Source of the DNA: Gemmatimonadales bacterium
Lineage (GTDB): Bacteria > Gemmatimonadota > Gemmatimonadetes > Gemmatimonadales > GWC2-71-9
Direction: 5' to 3'
DNA: 64,000 bases
Assembly: GCA_965249575.1 (NCBI GenBank)
Contig: OZ252244.1
Span: 1,984,001 to 2,048,000 of the forward strand
Both the position numbers and the translations under genes were made by a program. The notes beneath the pieces are model-generated. The model ran no database searches. It had not been told where the DNA came from and saw nothing but the letters and a program-made list of their open reading frames with translations. Shown here piece by piece: positions 10,348 to 19,426 of this stretch; within the stretch, counting starts at the first letter, position 1; every line of letters begins with the position of its first letter.

Positions 10348-10433
10348 CGTCGGTTTCAGAGGTCGCCGCATGCCCGAGGGCCAGCATGTCGATTGACCTA
10401 CGCCAAGGTCTGCGCTGAATCGTTGGAGGGTCG

Positions 10434-11303
10434 CTAGCCCACGATCGCCAGGCGTGTCCCAAGAATCTTCTCGGGATCGACCCATGCGATGCGGCGACCG
10501 AACCACGAAGTGGCGGGACCGAGTGGAAGCCGGATTGCCGTGGCCTGGAAATCGCGTGTCTTCAAGAGGACGGCGCAAGGGCCTTCTCCCAGGCGGTTGA
10601 GGCGGTCACTCAACCAGTCGCTTGGTGAGTCGGGAATCGCGAGCGCGACAGGAGTGTCCGGAAATCGGCTCACGGTGGCGCCGAGAGGTGCGTGGCGCTC
10701 GCTCATCAAGCCGTTCCAGCCGAAGAGCGCTTGGAAACGGGAAGCAACGGGCCCAAGAGCGTGGACGGCGATGACCACGCTGTCGACTCCCTCGAGTTCG
10801 CTTCCCGTCACGCTCGCCGATGGCTGGACTCGGTGACTCCGAGGCGTCCGGTCGTGGATCACGAAGGGCAGCGTCTGTCCGGGCTGGCCGTCGCCTAGAA
10901 ACGCCATGTCCCATTCGACGAGCGTGCCGTCAGGCCGCTGCCGGTGGTAGTATGTGGGTCCCTCGACTGGGATGGAGACCGCATTGGCGCGTGCGACTTC
11001 GGCGGCCACGTCGGCGACCTCCGTCGCCCACCCTGCGGGCCCCGCGTCCTGTTCGATGTAACGCGACCAGAGTGGCGCGGGAATGCCGGGTCGCACGGTC
11101 GAGATTAGCTCGAGGTAGGAGCCGTCGTCAAACGCGAGAAGCGACATGTGCGTCGCTTCATTGGAGTGCACGCCACCGTACTCAGGCTCAAGCCCGATTC
11201 CGGCGAATGCTCGCTGCATCTCTGAGAGATCTCGCCCCGCGATTGCCACGTGGTCGATTCTCAGTTCGTCCCCCACTGTCTGCCTGACGGACGCGGATGC
11301 CAT
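10434..11303 (-). CDS. VOC / glyoxalase-like (Glyoxalase_3) protein
   Basis: IDHVAIA, YGGVH, YLELI, RQRPDG and LPFVI motifs. Confidence 0.85.
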   Translation of the reverse strand: MASASVRQTVGDELRIDHVAIAGRDLSEMQRAFAGIGLEPEYGGVHSNEATHMSLLAFDDGSYLELISTVRPGIPAPLWSRYIEQDAGPAGWATEVADVAAEVARANAVSIPVEGPTYYHRQRPDGTLVEWDMAFLGDGQPGQTLPFVIHDRTPRSHRVQPSASVTGSELEGVDSVVIAVHALGPVASRFQALFGWNGLMSERHAPLGATVSRFPDTPVALAIPDSPSDWLSDRLNRLGEGPCAVLLKTRDFQATAIRLPLGPATSWFGRRIAWVDPEKILGTRLAIVG

Positions 11304-11372
11304 CGATCGCGCGGCGAGTCATGTGAGGGGCGGCCGGCATGCCACCCCTCAACCGTCGCGTGCGACCCGACC

Positions 11373-11610
11373 TTAAAAAGAAAAGCTCGTATCGATGAAG
11401 AACAACCGCCCCGGCTCTGGTATCGGCAGCCTAGAGAAGGGGTTTTTGGCGTTCAGGTGGTTTGAATAGTTCTTATCTCCGATGTTCAACACACCGCCTC
11501 GGATCTCGAGGCCGCGTACCGGCCTCAAGCCCCCACGGAAGTCGAAGGTCGCATACGAGTCGGTTTGGATTTCACCGCGCCTCGCCGCGACCTGGTTCTG
11601 TCTGGCGACG
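11373..11610 (-). pseudogene. C-terminal remnant of a TonB-dependent receptor
   Basis: ...YATFDFRGG...GGVLNIGDKNYSNHL...EPGRLFFIDTSFSF* (NxxDxxY, GR and terminal Phe); about 80 codons only, upstream sequence is unrelated. Confidence 0.8.
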
Positions 11611-11778
11611 GGGTGGGCATATTCACTCGACGTAGTACCGTACCGCCTCCTCTTCGTATCGCAAATGCAAGTCCGCCGGCCGGGCTCTAAAACCGACCTG
11701 AATCTGGCCTGAAGGGCCGGCTCTAGCGATCTCCGCCGGCCAGCGGTTTGGCTGTTCCGGGGTGCCGCGGCCAATCAC

Positions 11779-11806
11779 TCAAGTCCCCCACTCGACTCGC
11801 CGATAC
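11779..11806 (+). promoter_or_regulatory. sigma28 (FliA)-like promoter
   Basis: TCAA-N16-GCCGATAC upstream of the HD-GYP gene. Confidence 0.65.
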
Positions 11807-12036
11807 CGTTAAGAGTCGTCCGGTCGTGTGGCCCGGGCTATCTTCGCCTTTTGTTCGGGTCGCGGCTCCGGGCACGCGGATCATATCCCGCCCGGTCCAC
11901 TCCTTCTTCTGGTCCGAGGCGTGGTGATGGCTATTGTCCTAGTACCGTCGATCGAGCGTCCCTCCCACAACTTCATCGAGCGCGAGGTAGAACTCGCCGG
12001 CTTCGGCCGAAACGCTCGGGATGCGGAGGGGTCCTC

Positions 12037-13113
12037 ATGAGAGCGAGCGGCAGCGAGCGGCGAACGGTCTCGAAGGCTGAACGGGGCGTGCTTCACGCCT
12101 CTCCCTCGCGAGCATCGAGCGAGCCGGTCGTTCTGGTCGTAGATGACGATGACGCCGTTCGGTCGACGCTCCAGAAGCTCCTCAGAAGGGAAGGGTATCA
12201 GGTGCTCACGTCGTGCGACGGGAGCAGCGCCCTCCAGGCATTCCGGCGGCACCGGCCCGATCTGGTGCTGCTCGACGTAATCATCCCGGAGCTCGGCGGC
12301 TTCGAGGTTTGTCGGATCTTAAAGGAGAATCCAGAGACGTGTCTCACGCCCGTGGTTCTGCTAACGGGACTGGGTGACGTATCCGACAGGGTACTTGGAA
12401 TCGAGGCGGGCGCCGACGACTTTCTGTCGAAGCCTTTCGAGCCGGTCGAGCTCCTGGCCAGAGCGCGATCGTTGGTGCGGCTCAAGGGGTACACTGACGA
12501 GCTCGAACACGCCGAGTCTGTGCTGTTCGCGCTTGCACGAAGCATCGAGGCTCGCGATCCGTACACCGAGGGCCACTGCGAGCGTCTCTCGAGATATGGA
12601 AGCGACCTTGGGAAGCGCCTGGGGATGCCGCTCGAAGACCTAACGGCGCTCCGCCGCGCTGGAGTCCTCCACGACATCGGAAAAGTCACCGTGCCCGATG
12701 CCATTCTTCTAAAGGACGGTCCGCTGAACCCCGAAGAACAGGGAGTCATGCGCGAACACCCGGTTACCGGAGAGAGAATCTGCGCTTCATTGAGATCCTT
12801 CAGTCCTGTGCTACCGATCATTCGCTATCACCACGAAAAACTCGATGGCTCAGGGTATCCGGACGAGCTGAGGGGCGACCAGATACCGCTCACCGCCCGG
12901 CTACTCCAGATCGTCGACGTGTATGACGCATTGACGACGTCCCGGCCGTATCGGCGGGCGCTTCCGCCAAGTGAAGCGTTCGACATCATGGACTCCGAGG
13001 TGAGGCGTGGGTGGTGGGATCCCGAGGTGTTCGCGGAGTTCAGCTCCATGGTGCGGCAACAGTCTGCCGATGATGCAAGTTGCGCAGTATGCGCGGGGCT
13101 CGAGGACGGGTGA
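12037..13113 (+). CDS. Response regulator with HD-GYP c-di-GMP phosphodiesterase domain (RpfG-like)
   Basis: Receiver VLVVDDD...LLDV...LLT...SKP; YTEGHCER, LHDIGK, HHEKLDGSGYP, IVDVYDAL and RPYR. Confidence 0.93.
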   Translation: MRASGSERRTVSKAERGVLHASPSRASSEPVVLVVDDDDAVRSTLQKLLRREGYQVLTSCDGSSALQAFRRHRPDLVLLDVIIPELGGFEVCRILKENPETCLTPVVLLTGLGDVSDRVLGIEAGADDFLSKPFEPVELLARARSLVRLKGYTDELEHAESVLFALARSIEARDPYTEGHCERLSRYGSDLGKRLGMPLEDLTALRRAGVLHDIGKVTVPDAILLKDGPLNPEEQGVMREHPVTGERICASLRSFSPVLPIIRYHHEKLDGSGYPDELRGDQIPLTARLLQIVDVYDALTTSRPYRRALPPSEAFDIMDSEVRRGWWDPEVFAEFSSMVRQQSADDASCAVCAGLEDG

Positions 13114-13152
13114 TCTGGTGAGCGCCGGACGCCTCGACAGTGGCCATGCACC

Positions 13153-13180
13153 TCAAGTTGGCGGCGGCTCCTGCCGATAC
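13153..13180 (+). promoter_or_regulatory. sigma28 (FliA)-like promoter
   Basis: TCAA-N16-GCCGATAC upstream of the receiver-domain remnant. Confidence 0.65.
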
Positions 13181-13238
13181 TCTCCGTGTGGAGGTCTGAA
13201 CTCTCGGATCGCCCCGACGCGTGTTAGTTGAGGAGCCC

Positions 13239-13472
13239 ATGAGAATCATGATAGCGGACGATGACGCCACCACCCGGGCTAGCTTGCGGATCATGCTCGG
13301 GGATCTTGGCCATGAAGTGCTTCAGGCGTCCGATGGAGCCGAAGCCTGGCAGTTCCTCCAACGCGACTGGGTGCCCGTCGTGATTACCGACTGGTTAATG
13401 CCCGAGCCGGATGGTCTTGAGCTATGCCGTATGATCAGGGAGGAAAACCGGCCGCGCTACACGTATGTAATC
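13239..13472 (+). pseudogene. 3'-truncated response regulator (receiver fragment)
   Basis: MRIMIADDD...VITDWLMPEPDGLELCR...RYTYVI, then similarity stops before the beta4 Thr and beta5 Lys; GAGGAG SD. Confidence 0.8.
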
Positions 13473-13547
13473 CCACGGCGTTTGCCCCGCGTGTTACCAG
13501 AGCAAGATAGCTCCACAGCTCGCGCGTTGCGTGCATCAGTAGCGCAC

Positions 13548-13575
13548 TCATAGTCCTTCCAGCGGCTGCCGATAA
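13548..13575 (+). promoter_or_regulatory. sigma28 (FliA)-like promoter of motAB
   Basis: TCAT-N16-GCCGATAA (perfect -10 element), 47 bp upstream of motA. Confidence 0.65.
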
Positions 13576-13622
13576 TCCCAGAGCGCATTGTCGCCTGCCG
13601 TCGCGCTTCTGGAGGATCGAGT

Positions 13623-14489
13623 TTGGTTGCAATCATCGGGATTCTGGTCGTCATTGGGTCCGTCCTGGGTGGCTTCATGATGGCCAACGGACCGATCCAC
13701 GCCCTCGTGGTGCCCAGCGAATACGTGATCATTGGTGGCACGTCAGTGGGGACCATGCTCATTTCGACGCCCCGAACAGTCCTCGCCTCGATCGCTGGAA
13801 AGCTGAAGGGAGTGTTGGCCGCTAACCCCTTCAACCAGGGGTACTATCTCACGGCACTCAATCTGCAATACGAGCTGTTCCAGCTGGCCCGCAAGGACGG
13901 GCTCGTGGCGCTCGAGGCCCACATTGAGCGGCCGGAGGAGAGCAAGGTCTTCCAGAAGTACCCCGAGGTCTTGGCCCGGCATCACGCAGTCTCGTTCCTC
14001 TGCGATTCCCTCCGCCTGGTACTGGTCGGGAGCGTTCCACCTCACGATCTCGAGCAACTCATGGAGTCAGAGATCGAGGTGCACCACGAGGAAGAGGAAA
14101 AGTCCGTCACGGCCCTGACGAAGGTCGCTGACGCGCTGCCCGCCATCGGGATCGTGGCGGCGGTTCTTGGCATCGTGGTAACCATGCAATCCATCGCCGG
14201 TCCCATCGAGGAGATCGGCCACCACGTCGCCGCGGCGTTAGTCGGTACGTTTTTGGGAGTGCTCCTGTCATACGGATTCGTTCACCCGATCGCCTCCAAC
14301 ATCGAAGCACTCAACCAGGCCGAGGGCCGCTTTCTGAGTGTCATCAAGGCCGGAGTCGTCGCCTTTGCCAAGGGATTGGCGCCGATCATCTGCGTGGAGT
14401 TCGCTCGCCGCGCCATCTTCGCCGGCGACCGCCCAACCTTCCAAGTGATGGAAGACTCCTGCAAGGGCCTGAAGGGCAAAGTAGCGTGA
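13623..14489 (+). CDS. motA: Flagellar motor stator protein MotA
   Basis: ARKDGLVALE, ALPAIGIVAAVLG, AALVGTFLGVLLSYG and VEFARR; TTG start. Confidence 0.95.
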   Translation: MVAIIGILVVIGSVLGGFMMANGPIHALVVPSEYVIIGGTSVGTMLISTPRTVLASIAGKLKGVLAANPFNQGYYLTALNLQYELFQLARKDGLVALEAHIERPEESKVFQKYPEVLARHHAVSFLCDSLRLVLVGSVPPHDLEQLMESEIEVHHEEEEKSVTALTKVADALPAIGIVAAVLGIVVTMQSIAGPIEEIGHHVAAALVGTFLGVLLSYGFVHPIASNIEALNQAEGRFLSVIKAGVVAFAKGLAPIICVEFARRAIFAGDRPTFQVMEDSCKGLKGKVA

Positions 14490-15337
14490 AAACCGACCGC
14501 GAACAGCCGATTGTCATCATTCGCAAGAAACGCAAGCACAGCGCCCACCACGGCGGTGCGTGGAAGGTGGCGTTCGCGGATTTCATGACGTCGATGATGG
14601 CTCTGTTCCTCGTGATGTGGCTGGTTACGCAGAGCTCGGACATCAAGTCGGCCGTCGCCGGATACTTTCAGGATCCTTTGGGACGGGCGTCGGAGTTCGG
14701 GAGCTCCATCATTCCTGGAGAGGGGGCCCAGGCCGCAAACGTGCGGCCGCTTTCCCAGCAACAGCTGCTCGACATGACCCGCGATCGCCTCAGGCAGATG
14801 GGCGAGCAGATCCGCAGAACGCTTGCTAGCGCCGAGGAGGGGTCGCACCTGAGCGACCAGATAGAGGTCTCAGTTACCGAAGAGGGACTTCGCATAGAGC
14901 TATTGGAAGACTCTGCGAGCACGTTCTTCCAGACCGGAGTCGCGACTCCCAGCGGCCATGGGGCTGGGCTTCTACACCTCTTGGGCACCGAGCTCAGTGC
15001 GCTCACCTACCCCGTGGTCGTCGAAGGCTACACGGATGCTACGCCCTTCTCACGAGCCGATGGCTACACCAACTGGGAGCTCAGCGTCGACCGGGCAAAC
15101 GCGGCGCGGCAACTTCTGCGTTTGGGAGGGTTGCTTCCTCACCAGATCGTACAGGTTCGTGGTTTCGCGGACAACGACTTGAAGGAGCCAGAGCATCCGT
15201 TTTCGCCACGCAATCGTCGGGTCACGATCACGATGCTGGCAGAGCCGGCGGAGCAGCTGCAGACTAGTGAAGCATCTAGCACGAATGATGGAACGGTGAG
15301 CGTCACGAACGGTCGAAGCTCCGGGGCGGCCCCGTAA
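14486..15337 (+). CDS. motB: Flagellar motor stator protein MotB
   Basis: HHGGAWKVAFADFMTSMMALF with the essential Asp; OmpA-like EGYTD, NWELSVDRA and NRRV. Confidence 0.95.
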   Translation: MKTDREQPIVIIRKKRKHSAHHGGAWKVAFADFMTSMMALFLVMWLVTQSSDIKSAVAGYFQDPLGRASEFGSSIIPGEGAQAANVRPLSQQQLLDMTRDRLRQMGEQIRRTLASAEEGSHLSDQIEVSVTEEGLRIELLEDSASTFFQTGVATPSGHGAGLLHLLGTELSALTYPVVVEGYTDATPFSRADGYTNWELSVDRANAARQLLRLGGLLPHQIVQVRGFADNDLKEPEHPFSPRNRRVTITMLAEPAEQLQTSEASSTNDGTVSVTNGRSSGAAP

Positions 15338-15688
15338 ATGCCCACCTCACCGGCCAAGCTCCTCCTGGAGAGCGCACCCAGCTCGACCAAGCCCCTCGAC
15401 GTGGTGCAGAGTCTCGAGGAGCGCGCGAACACGCTCTACGATCCGCTCGTAGTAACGCAGCTCGAGGCGATCGTGAAGGAGAACCAGAGCCGCGATTGGC
15501 GGGAGACACGGCGCCGGGTGCCCGTGAGCGATATCAAAGAAGGTATGGTGCTGGCCGAAGACCTCATCACGAGCTCCGCAGTCAAACTGTTCTCCCGGGG
15601 CGGCGTGGTCACGTCTGGCATACGGGACATCATTTTGCGCCGACACGTCATCGACCCGATCATCCACGGAGTGTGGGTGCAACAGTAA
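15338..15688 (+). pseudogene. C-terminal remnant of an HD-domain signalling protein
   Basis: LEERANTLYDPLVVTQL resembles an HD-GYP tail and is followed by an IKEGMVLAEDL module; HD core is absent. Confidence 0.55.
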
Positions 15689-15780
15689 TGCACGCCCGGT
15701 CCGCCACCCCCAGCGCACTAGAACGGCGCGGGGCGGAAACGATTACCGGGTTCCTTGCGGCGCTGTTCGGTGCACGTCTC

Positions 15781-15845
15781 TAAGACGTTATTTTACAATC
15801 ACTTAGGTTCTGTCCTCCCGGCCGAGTCCTGGTACGGGTAATGCA
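15781..15845 (+). promoter_or_regulatory. sigma54-like promoter with upstream IHF-like site
   Basis: TGGTAC-N5-ATGCA (GG-N10-GC) at 15830-15845; AT-rich TAAGACGTTATTTTACAATCACTTA at 15781-15805 contains CAA-N4-TTA. Confidence 0.55.
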
Positions 15846-15935
15846 GGTGTATGCGCCACTTCCGGACGACGGGCTGTCCGCTATGGCAGCGAGTAGTGCC
15901 ACCCTCGGGAGTCGGCAGTGGAGGTTCGGGGACGC

Positions 15936-16301
15936 GTGAAGAGAGTACTCGTAGTCGACGACTCCCCCAGAATCCGACGGGCGCTGAGGGAGGTGCTGGA
16001 ATCGCTCGGCTACGGAGTCGATGAAGCCTCCGATGGTCAGCAGGCGCTTACTCACTGTATGGAATGGAGCGCCGACGCCATCCTTTTGGACATAGACCTC
16101 CCGGTGATGGATGGCCTTTCCTTCCTTCGGACGCTCCGAGCGTCCCGCGGCCCCCGCCAACCTCCTGTCATCGTGTGCAAGGGGGAGAACACGATGGCGC
16201 GTGTCGAGGAGGCGCTCACCGTAGGGGCCGACGGTTTCATCGCCCATCCGCTCGACGCCAAAGCCCTATCGGCAACCCTCGGCAGGGTGGGCCTTGCTTA
16301 A
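15936..16301 (+). CDS. Single-domain CheY-like response regulator (degenerate)
   Basis: VLVVDDS and ILLDIDLPVMDG; GGAGG SD before GTG 15936. The conserved Thr and Lys positions read K and H. Confidence 0.8.
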   Translation: MKRVLVVDDSPRIRRALREVLESLGYGVDEASDGQQALTHCMEWSADAILLDIDLPVMDGLSFLRTLRASRGPRQPPVIVCKGENTMARVEEALTVGADGFIAHPLDAKALSATLGRVGLA

Positions 16302-16441
16302 AGCACAAGCGAGTGACTTGGCGACCAAGACCGCGCAACGCCGATTGTTTGCGTTTTGGGCCCGTAGCCTTTAGAATCTGGCCCCGCAACTTACCGAACT
16401 GGGGTGGGTTGCTCCGGACGCCCTAATCCTGGGGAGTTGGC

Positions 16442-17242
16442 GTGGTGGAATCCATGCGCTCGGCCGTTACCGCATCTCCAGCACCACGCTGGCGCGCCGG
16501 GGAACGCCGGTTTGATCTTTCCGACCGGCGCCATCGCCGACTCGTGCTCCAGGCGGCCCGAGAGCAGACCGTGGCCTCGGTGTCGCGCGGGCTCGCGCAC
16601 CAGCTCAGGAACCCCTTGCAGGCCATCGTCCTGGCTTCGCGCGCGATCGTCAAAGGCGGAAACGGCGACACCGCTCCCAAGATGGCCGACGTGGTGGAGC
16701 GCGAAACGGAGCGGCTGAGCCGTCTCCTGCATCAGTTCAACCAGCTACTCGCGCCGCCGCCGGTTTCCCACGGGCCGATTCACATGTCTCAGGTTTTCGA
16801 TGAGGCCCACGCTCTCGCGATGCACTGCAGCTTTGGGGGCGGGACGGCGGTGGAATACGACGTGGCCCCCGACCTTGTGCCGGTCAGCGCCAACCCAATC
16901 GATCTTCGTCTCGCACTGCTCGGCGTTGTCGTGAATGCAAAGGAGGCGTTGGGGGGGGGGGAAGGAACGGTTCGCTTGAGCGCCTCGCCGGGCGAGGGCG
17001 GCGCGCTGATCGCGGTGGAGGATGACGGGCCGGGCATCCCTACCGAAGACCTCGAGCGAGTGTTCGAGCCCTTCTTTACGACCAAGGAAACCGCGGGCGT
17101 TCTCGGTCTCGGTCTTACGGCTGCGCGATTGATGGTGGAAGACACGGGAGGCCGCGTTTGGGCGGAGCAGGTGGGGGGCGGGGGTGGTGGCGCCCGTGTC
17201 GCCATGTCGATACCCTGGTACCGGTCCCGCCCCATCGCTTAG
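16442..17242 (+). CDS. Cytoplasmic histidine kinase without a recognisable sensor domain
   Basis: H-box AHQLRNPL, N-box VVNAKEA, DDGPGI, FEPFFTTK and GLGL. Confidence 0.85.
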   Translation: MVESMRSAVTASPAPRWRAGERRFDLSDRRHRRLVLQAAREQTVASVSRGLAHQLRNPLQAIVLASRAIVKGGNGDTAPKMADVVERETERLSRLLHQFNQLLAPPPVSHGPIHMSQVFDEAHALAMHCSFGGGTAVEYDVAPDLVPVSANPIDLRLALLGVVVNAKEALGGGEGTVRLSASPGEGGALIAVEDDGPGIPTEDLERVFEPFFTTKETAGVLGLGLTAARLMVEDTGGRVWAEQVGGGGGGARVAMSIPWYRSRPIA

Positions 17243-17275
17243 CCCTCGCGGGCCGGGTGGTTGGTTTTCGAAGCG

Positions 17276-17509
17276 TCAGCCCGACGCGCCCTTCACCGGT
17301 AGATAGTCCTTATCTCGCGCCGTCTGCGCCGCCGGAGGCGGAGTGGAACATTGCTGCGGGGCTGGTTCGAGCTCTTCCCGCTGAATCCGCGTGCTTGCGG
17401 GCGCCTCGATTCCGAGCCTCACCCCGCGCCTGTCGGCGTGAAGCACCACGATCCGTATCCCACCGTCAATGCTGATGGCCTGTCCGCGCCGGCGACTCAA
17501 AACGAGCAT
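17276..17509 (-). CDS. csrA: Carbon storage regulator CsrA
   Basis: MLVLSRRRGQAISI...VRLGIEAP...IQREEL. Confidence 0.92.
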   Translation of the reverse strand: MLVLSRRRGQAISIDGGIRIVVLHADRRGVRLGIEAPASTRIQREELEPAPQQCSTPPPAAQTARDKDYLPVKGASG

Positions 17510-17510
17510 C

Positions 17511-18875
17511 TCACACCATCCGCAGGAGGTCTTGCACCATCGCGTCCGCCACGGTGACGAGCCGAGCTGCCGCAGAGTACGCCTGCTGATGGCTGATTAT
17601 TCCAACCAGTTCTTCATCCATCGAGACACCGCTCACGCTAGCGCGACTGCTCTGTGCCTGGCTGGCTAGTACCTCGTGGGAGGCGGCCATCTGGGTGGCG
17701 TTGGCGGCGGCCATGCCCACAGCAGTCAGAAGGTCGACGTAATACGTACCGGGGGTCCGGTTCCCGAGAGCTGATTGCGGCGTGTGTTGCAGGTCCGAGA
17801 TCGCCTGGGCAAGAGCACCATCACCCGGTGCGCCGCTGGTTCCCGCAGCGATGTTGTCAGCCGACACCTCGACTCCCGGAGTCAGCGCGATCGAGCCCGC
17901 GCTCACGCCGAACGGGTCGAAGAAGTCCAAGTTCGGCTGGCCGGCTACAGTGAGACCGGTTCGGTGCAGCGCGTTCACCTCTGTGACCACGGATCGCGTC
18001 AGGTCATCGAGCTGGGCGAGCAGGTTGGGAATCGTGTTGTTCACGAGTTCCATCAGCCCCTGCATTCGGCCATTTCGGGGGTCGACCGAACGACCAGACG
18101 CCGCGTCGACCAACGCATAGCCCCCGCCTGGGTTCGCCTGCAGTGCCAGCTGGACGGCCATTCCCCCGTCGACCAGTTGGGCGTCACCCGCGAGCAGCGC
18201 GACGGTTCCGCTCTTACGCTCCAACACCGTTACTGGGAGCATGCTGGCCAGTCGGTCTATCACGCGGTCGCGTTCGTCTAGCAGACTCGGCGATTCGAGT
18301 CCCCCTCCCATGGATGCGACCTGGGTATTGAGCTGAGCTAGCCGCGTGAGATCCCGGTTGATCTCGTCCAGGGTCCGACGGAGATCGGTCTGGCTGAATT
18401 TCGACGTCTCGGCGAGGCGATCGTGGGCCCCATGGATCTGGGCGACTACCTGCTGGCCCCGAGTCTGAACGGCAAGGCGAGAGACCCTGTCGTTGGGACT
18501 GACGGCAAGTCCGCTCCAGGCCGACCAGAATGCATCTAGCGTCGACGCCAGCCCGCCGGACAGATCGCCGAGCACCGCGTCGACATGACGCAGGGTGTCC
18601 CGCAGTACGGTCTGTTGTCCAAGTGCGGCTGCCTCTCGGCGATAGGCAGCGTCAAGCAGCGTGCTACGGACCCGCTCGATTCCATCGAATTCGACTCCGA
18701 GCCCGATCTGGCCGAGGCCGGAGGGGAGCCCCACGCTGCTCGCCGATAGCCGGACGCGCTGGCGGGTGTAACCTTCAGTCGACGCGTTTGCGATGTTGTG
18801 ACCTGCCACGTCCAGGCGGCGCTGGCTTGCGGCCAGAGCCGATCGAGCGATGTTGAGAAGGCCGGAGAGGGACAT
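17511..18875 (-). CDS. flgK: Flagellar hook-associated protein FlgK
   Basis: VAGHNIANASTEGYTRQ and SGVSMDEE...QQAYSAAAR. Confidence 0.93.
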   Translation of the reverse strand: MSLSGLLNIARSALAASQRRLDVAGHNIANASTEGYTRQRVRLSASSVGLPSGLGQIGLGVEFDGIERVRSTLLDAAYRREAAALGQQTVLRDTLRHVDAVLGDLSGGLASTLDAFWSAWSGLAVSPNDRVSRLAVQTRGQQVVAQIHGAHDRLAETSKFSQTDLRRTLDEINRDLTRLAQLNTQVASMGGGLESPSLLDERDRVIDRLASMLPVTVLERKSGTVALLAGDAQLVDGGMAVQLALQANPGGGYALVDAASGRSVDPRNGRMQGLMELVNNTIPNLLAQLDDLTRSVVTEVNALHRTGLTVAGQPNLDFFDPFGVSAGSIALTPGVEVSADNIAAGTSGAPGDGALAQAISDLQHTPQSALGNRTPGTYYVDLLTAVGMAAANATQMAASHEVLASQAQSSRASVSGVSMDEELVGIISHQQAYSAAARLVTVADAMVQDLLRMV

Positions 18876-18877
18876 GG

Positions 18878-19420
18878 CTATGCGGTCCTGTTGAGGAGCA
18901 AGCCGCCCCCCTGGTGAGGCGGGTCGGGTTCATCGCCTCTGGGGTAGCCTGCCTCTGGCGCGGCGGCCCATGAAAAGAGCCGTTGCAGGTAGTCGTGGCC
19001 CGCATCGATTGCGCCCCGCAGAACCCGCTGACTCACGGCGATCTCCTCAGCCGCCCTGGCCGCCGCCGTTCGCAGGGCATCGCGAGCAGTAACGACGTTC
19101 TCAGGCATGTCGTCGTCCAGATACTGCTCGAGTTCGCCAAGCCCGACGCTTCCCCCGGTTATCGTTGCCGTAAGCGACATGCGCCTCCTCCGGGCCTCCT
19201 CGAGCGTCAGGGTAATGCGGCTCATGGCCAAGACACTGTCCTCCACCGCCTGGTAGTCGTTCGCCGCGACCATGTCGCGCTGCCTCTTGAGTGTCGCCCC
19301 CAACTCTTTGACAACCCGGGCTTCATCCTGCAACGCGACAGCGAGGTCTTCTACGTGATTGCCGCTCGGCCCGGGAGTACCTCCTTGACGCCGATCCGAT
19401 CCGTGCCTCGTGATTCCCAT
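18878..19420 (-). CDS. flgN: Flagellar export chaperone FlgN-like protein
   Basis: Helical coiled-coil protein directly upstream of flgK, ending GLLLNRTA. Confidence 0.65.
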   Translation of the reverse strand: MGITRHGSDRRQGGTPGPSGNHVEDLAVALQDEARVVKELGATLKRQRDMVAANDYQAVEDSVLAMSRITLTLEEARRRRMSLTATITGGSVGLGELEQYLDDDMPENVVTARDALRTAAARAAEEIAVSQRVLRGAIDAGHDYLQRLFSWAAAPEAGYPRGDEPDPPHQGGGLLLNRTA

Positions 19421-19426
19421 CGACCC

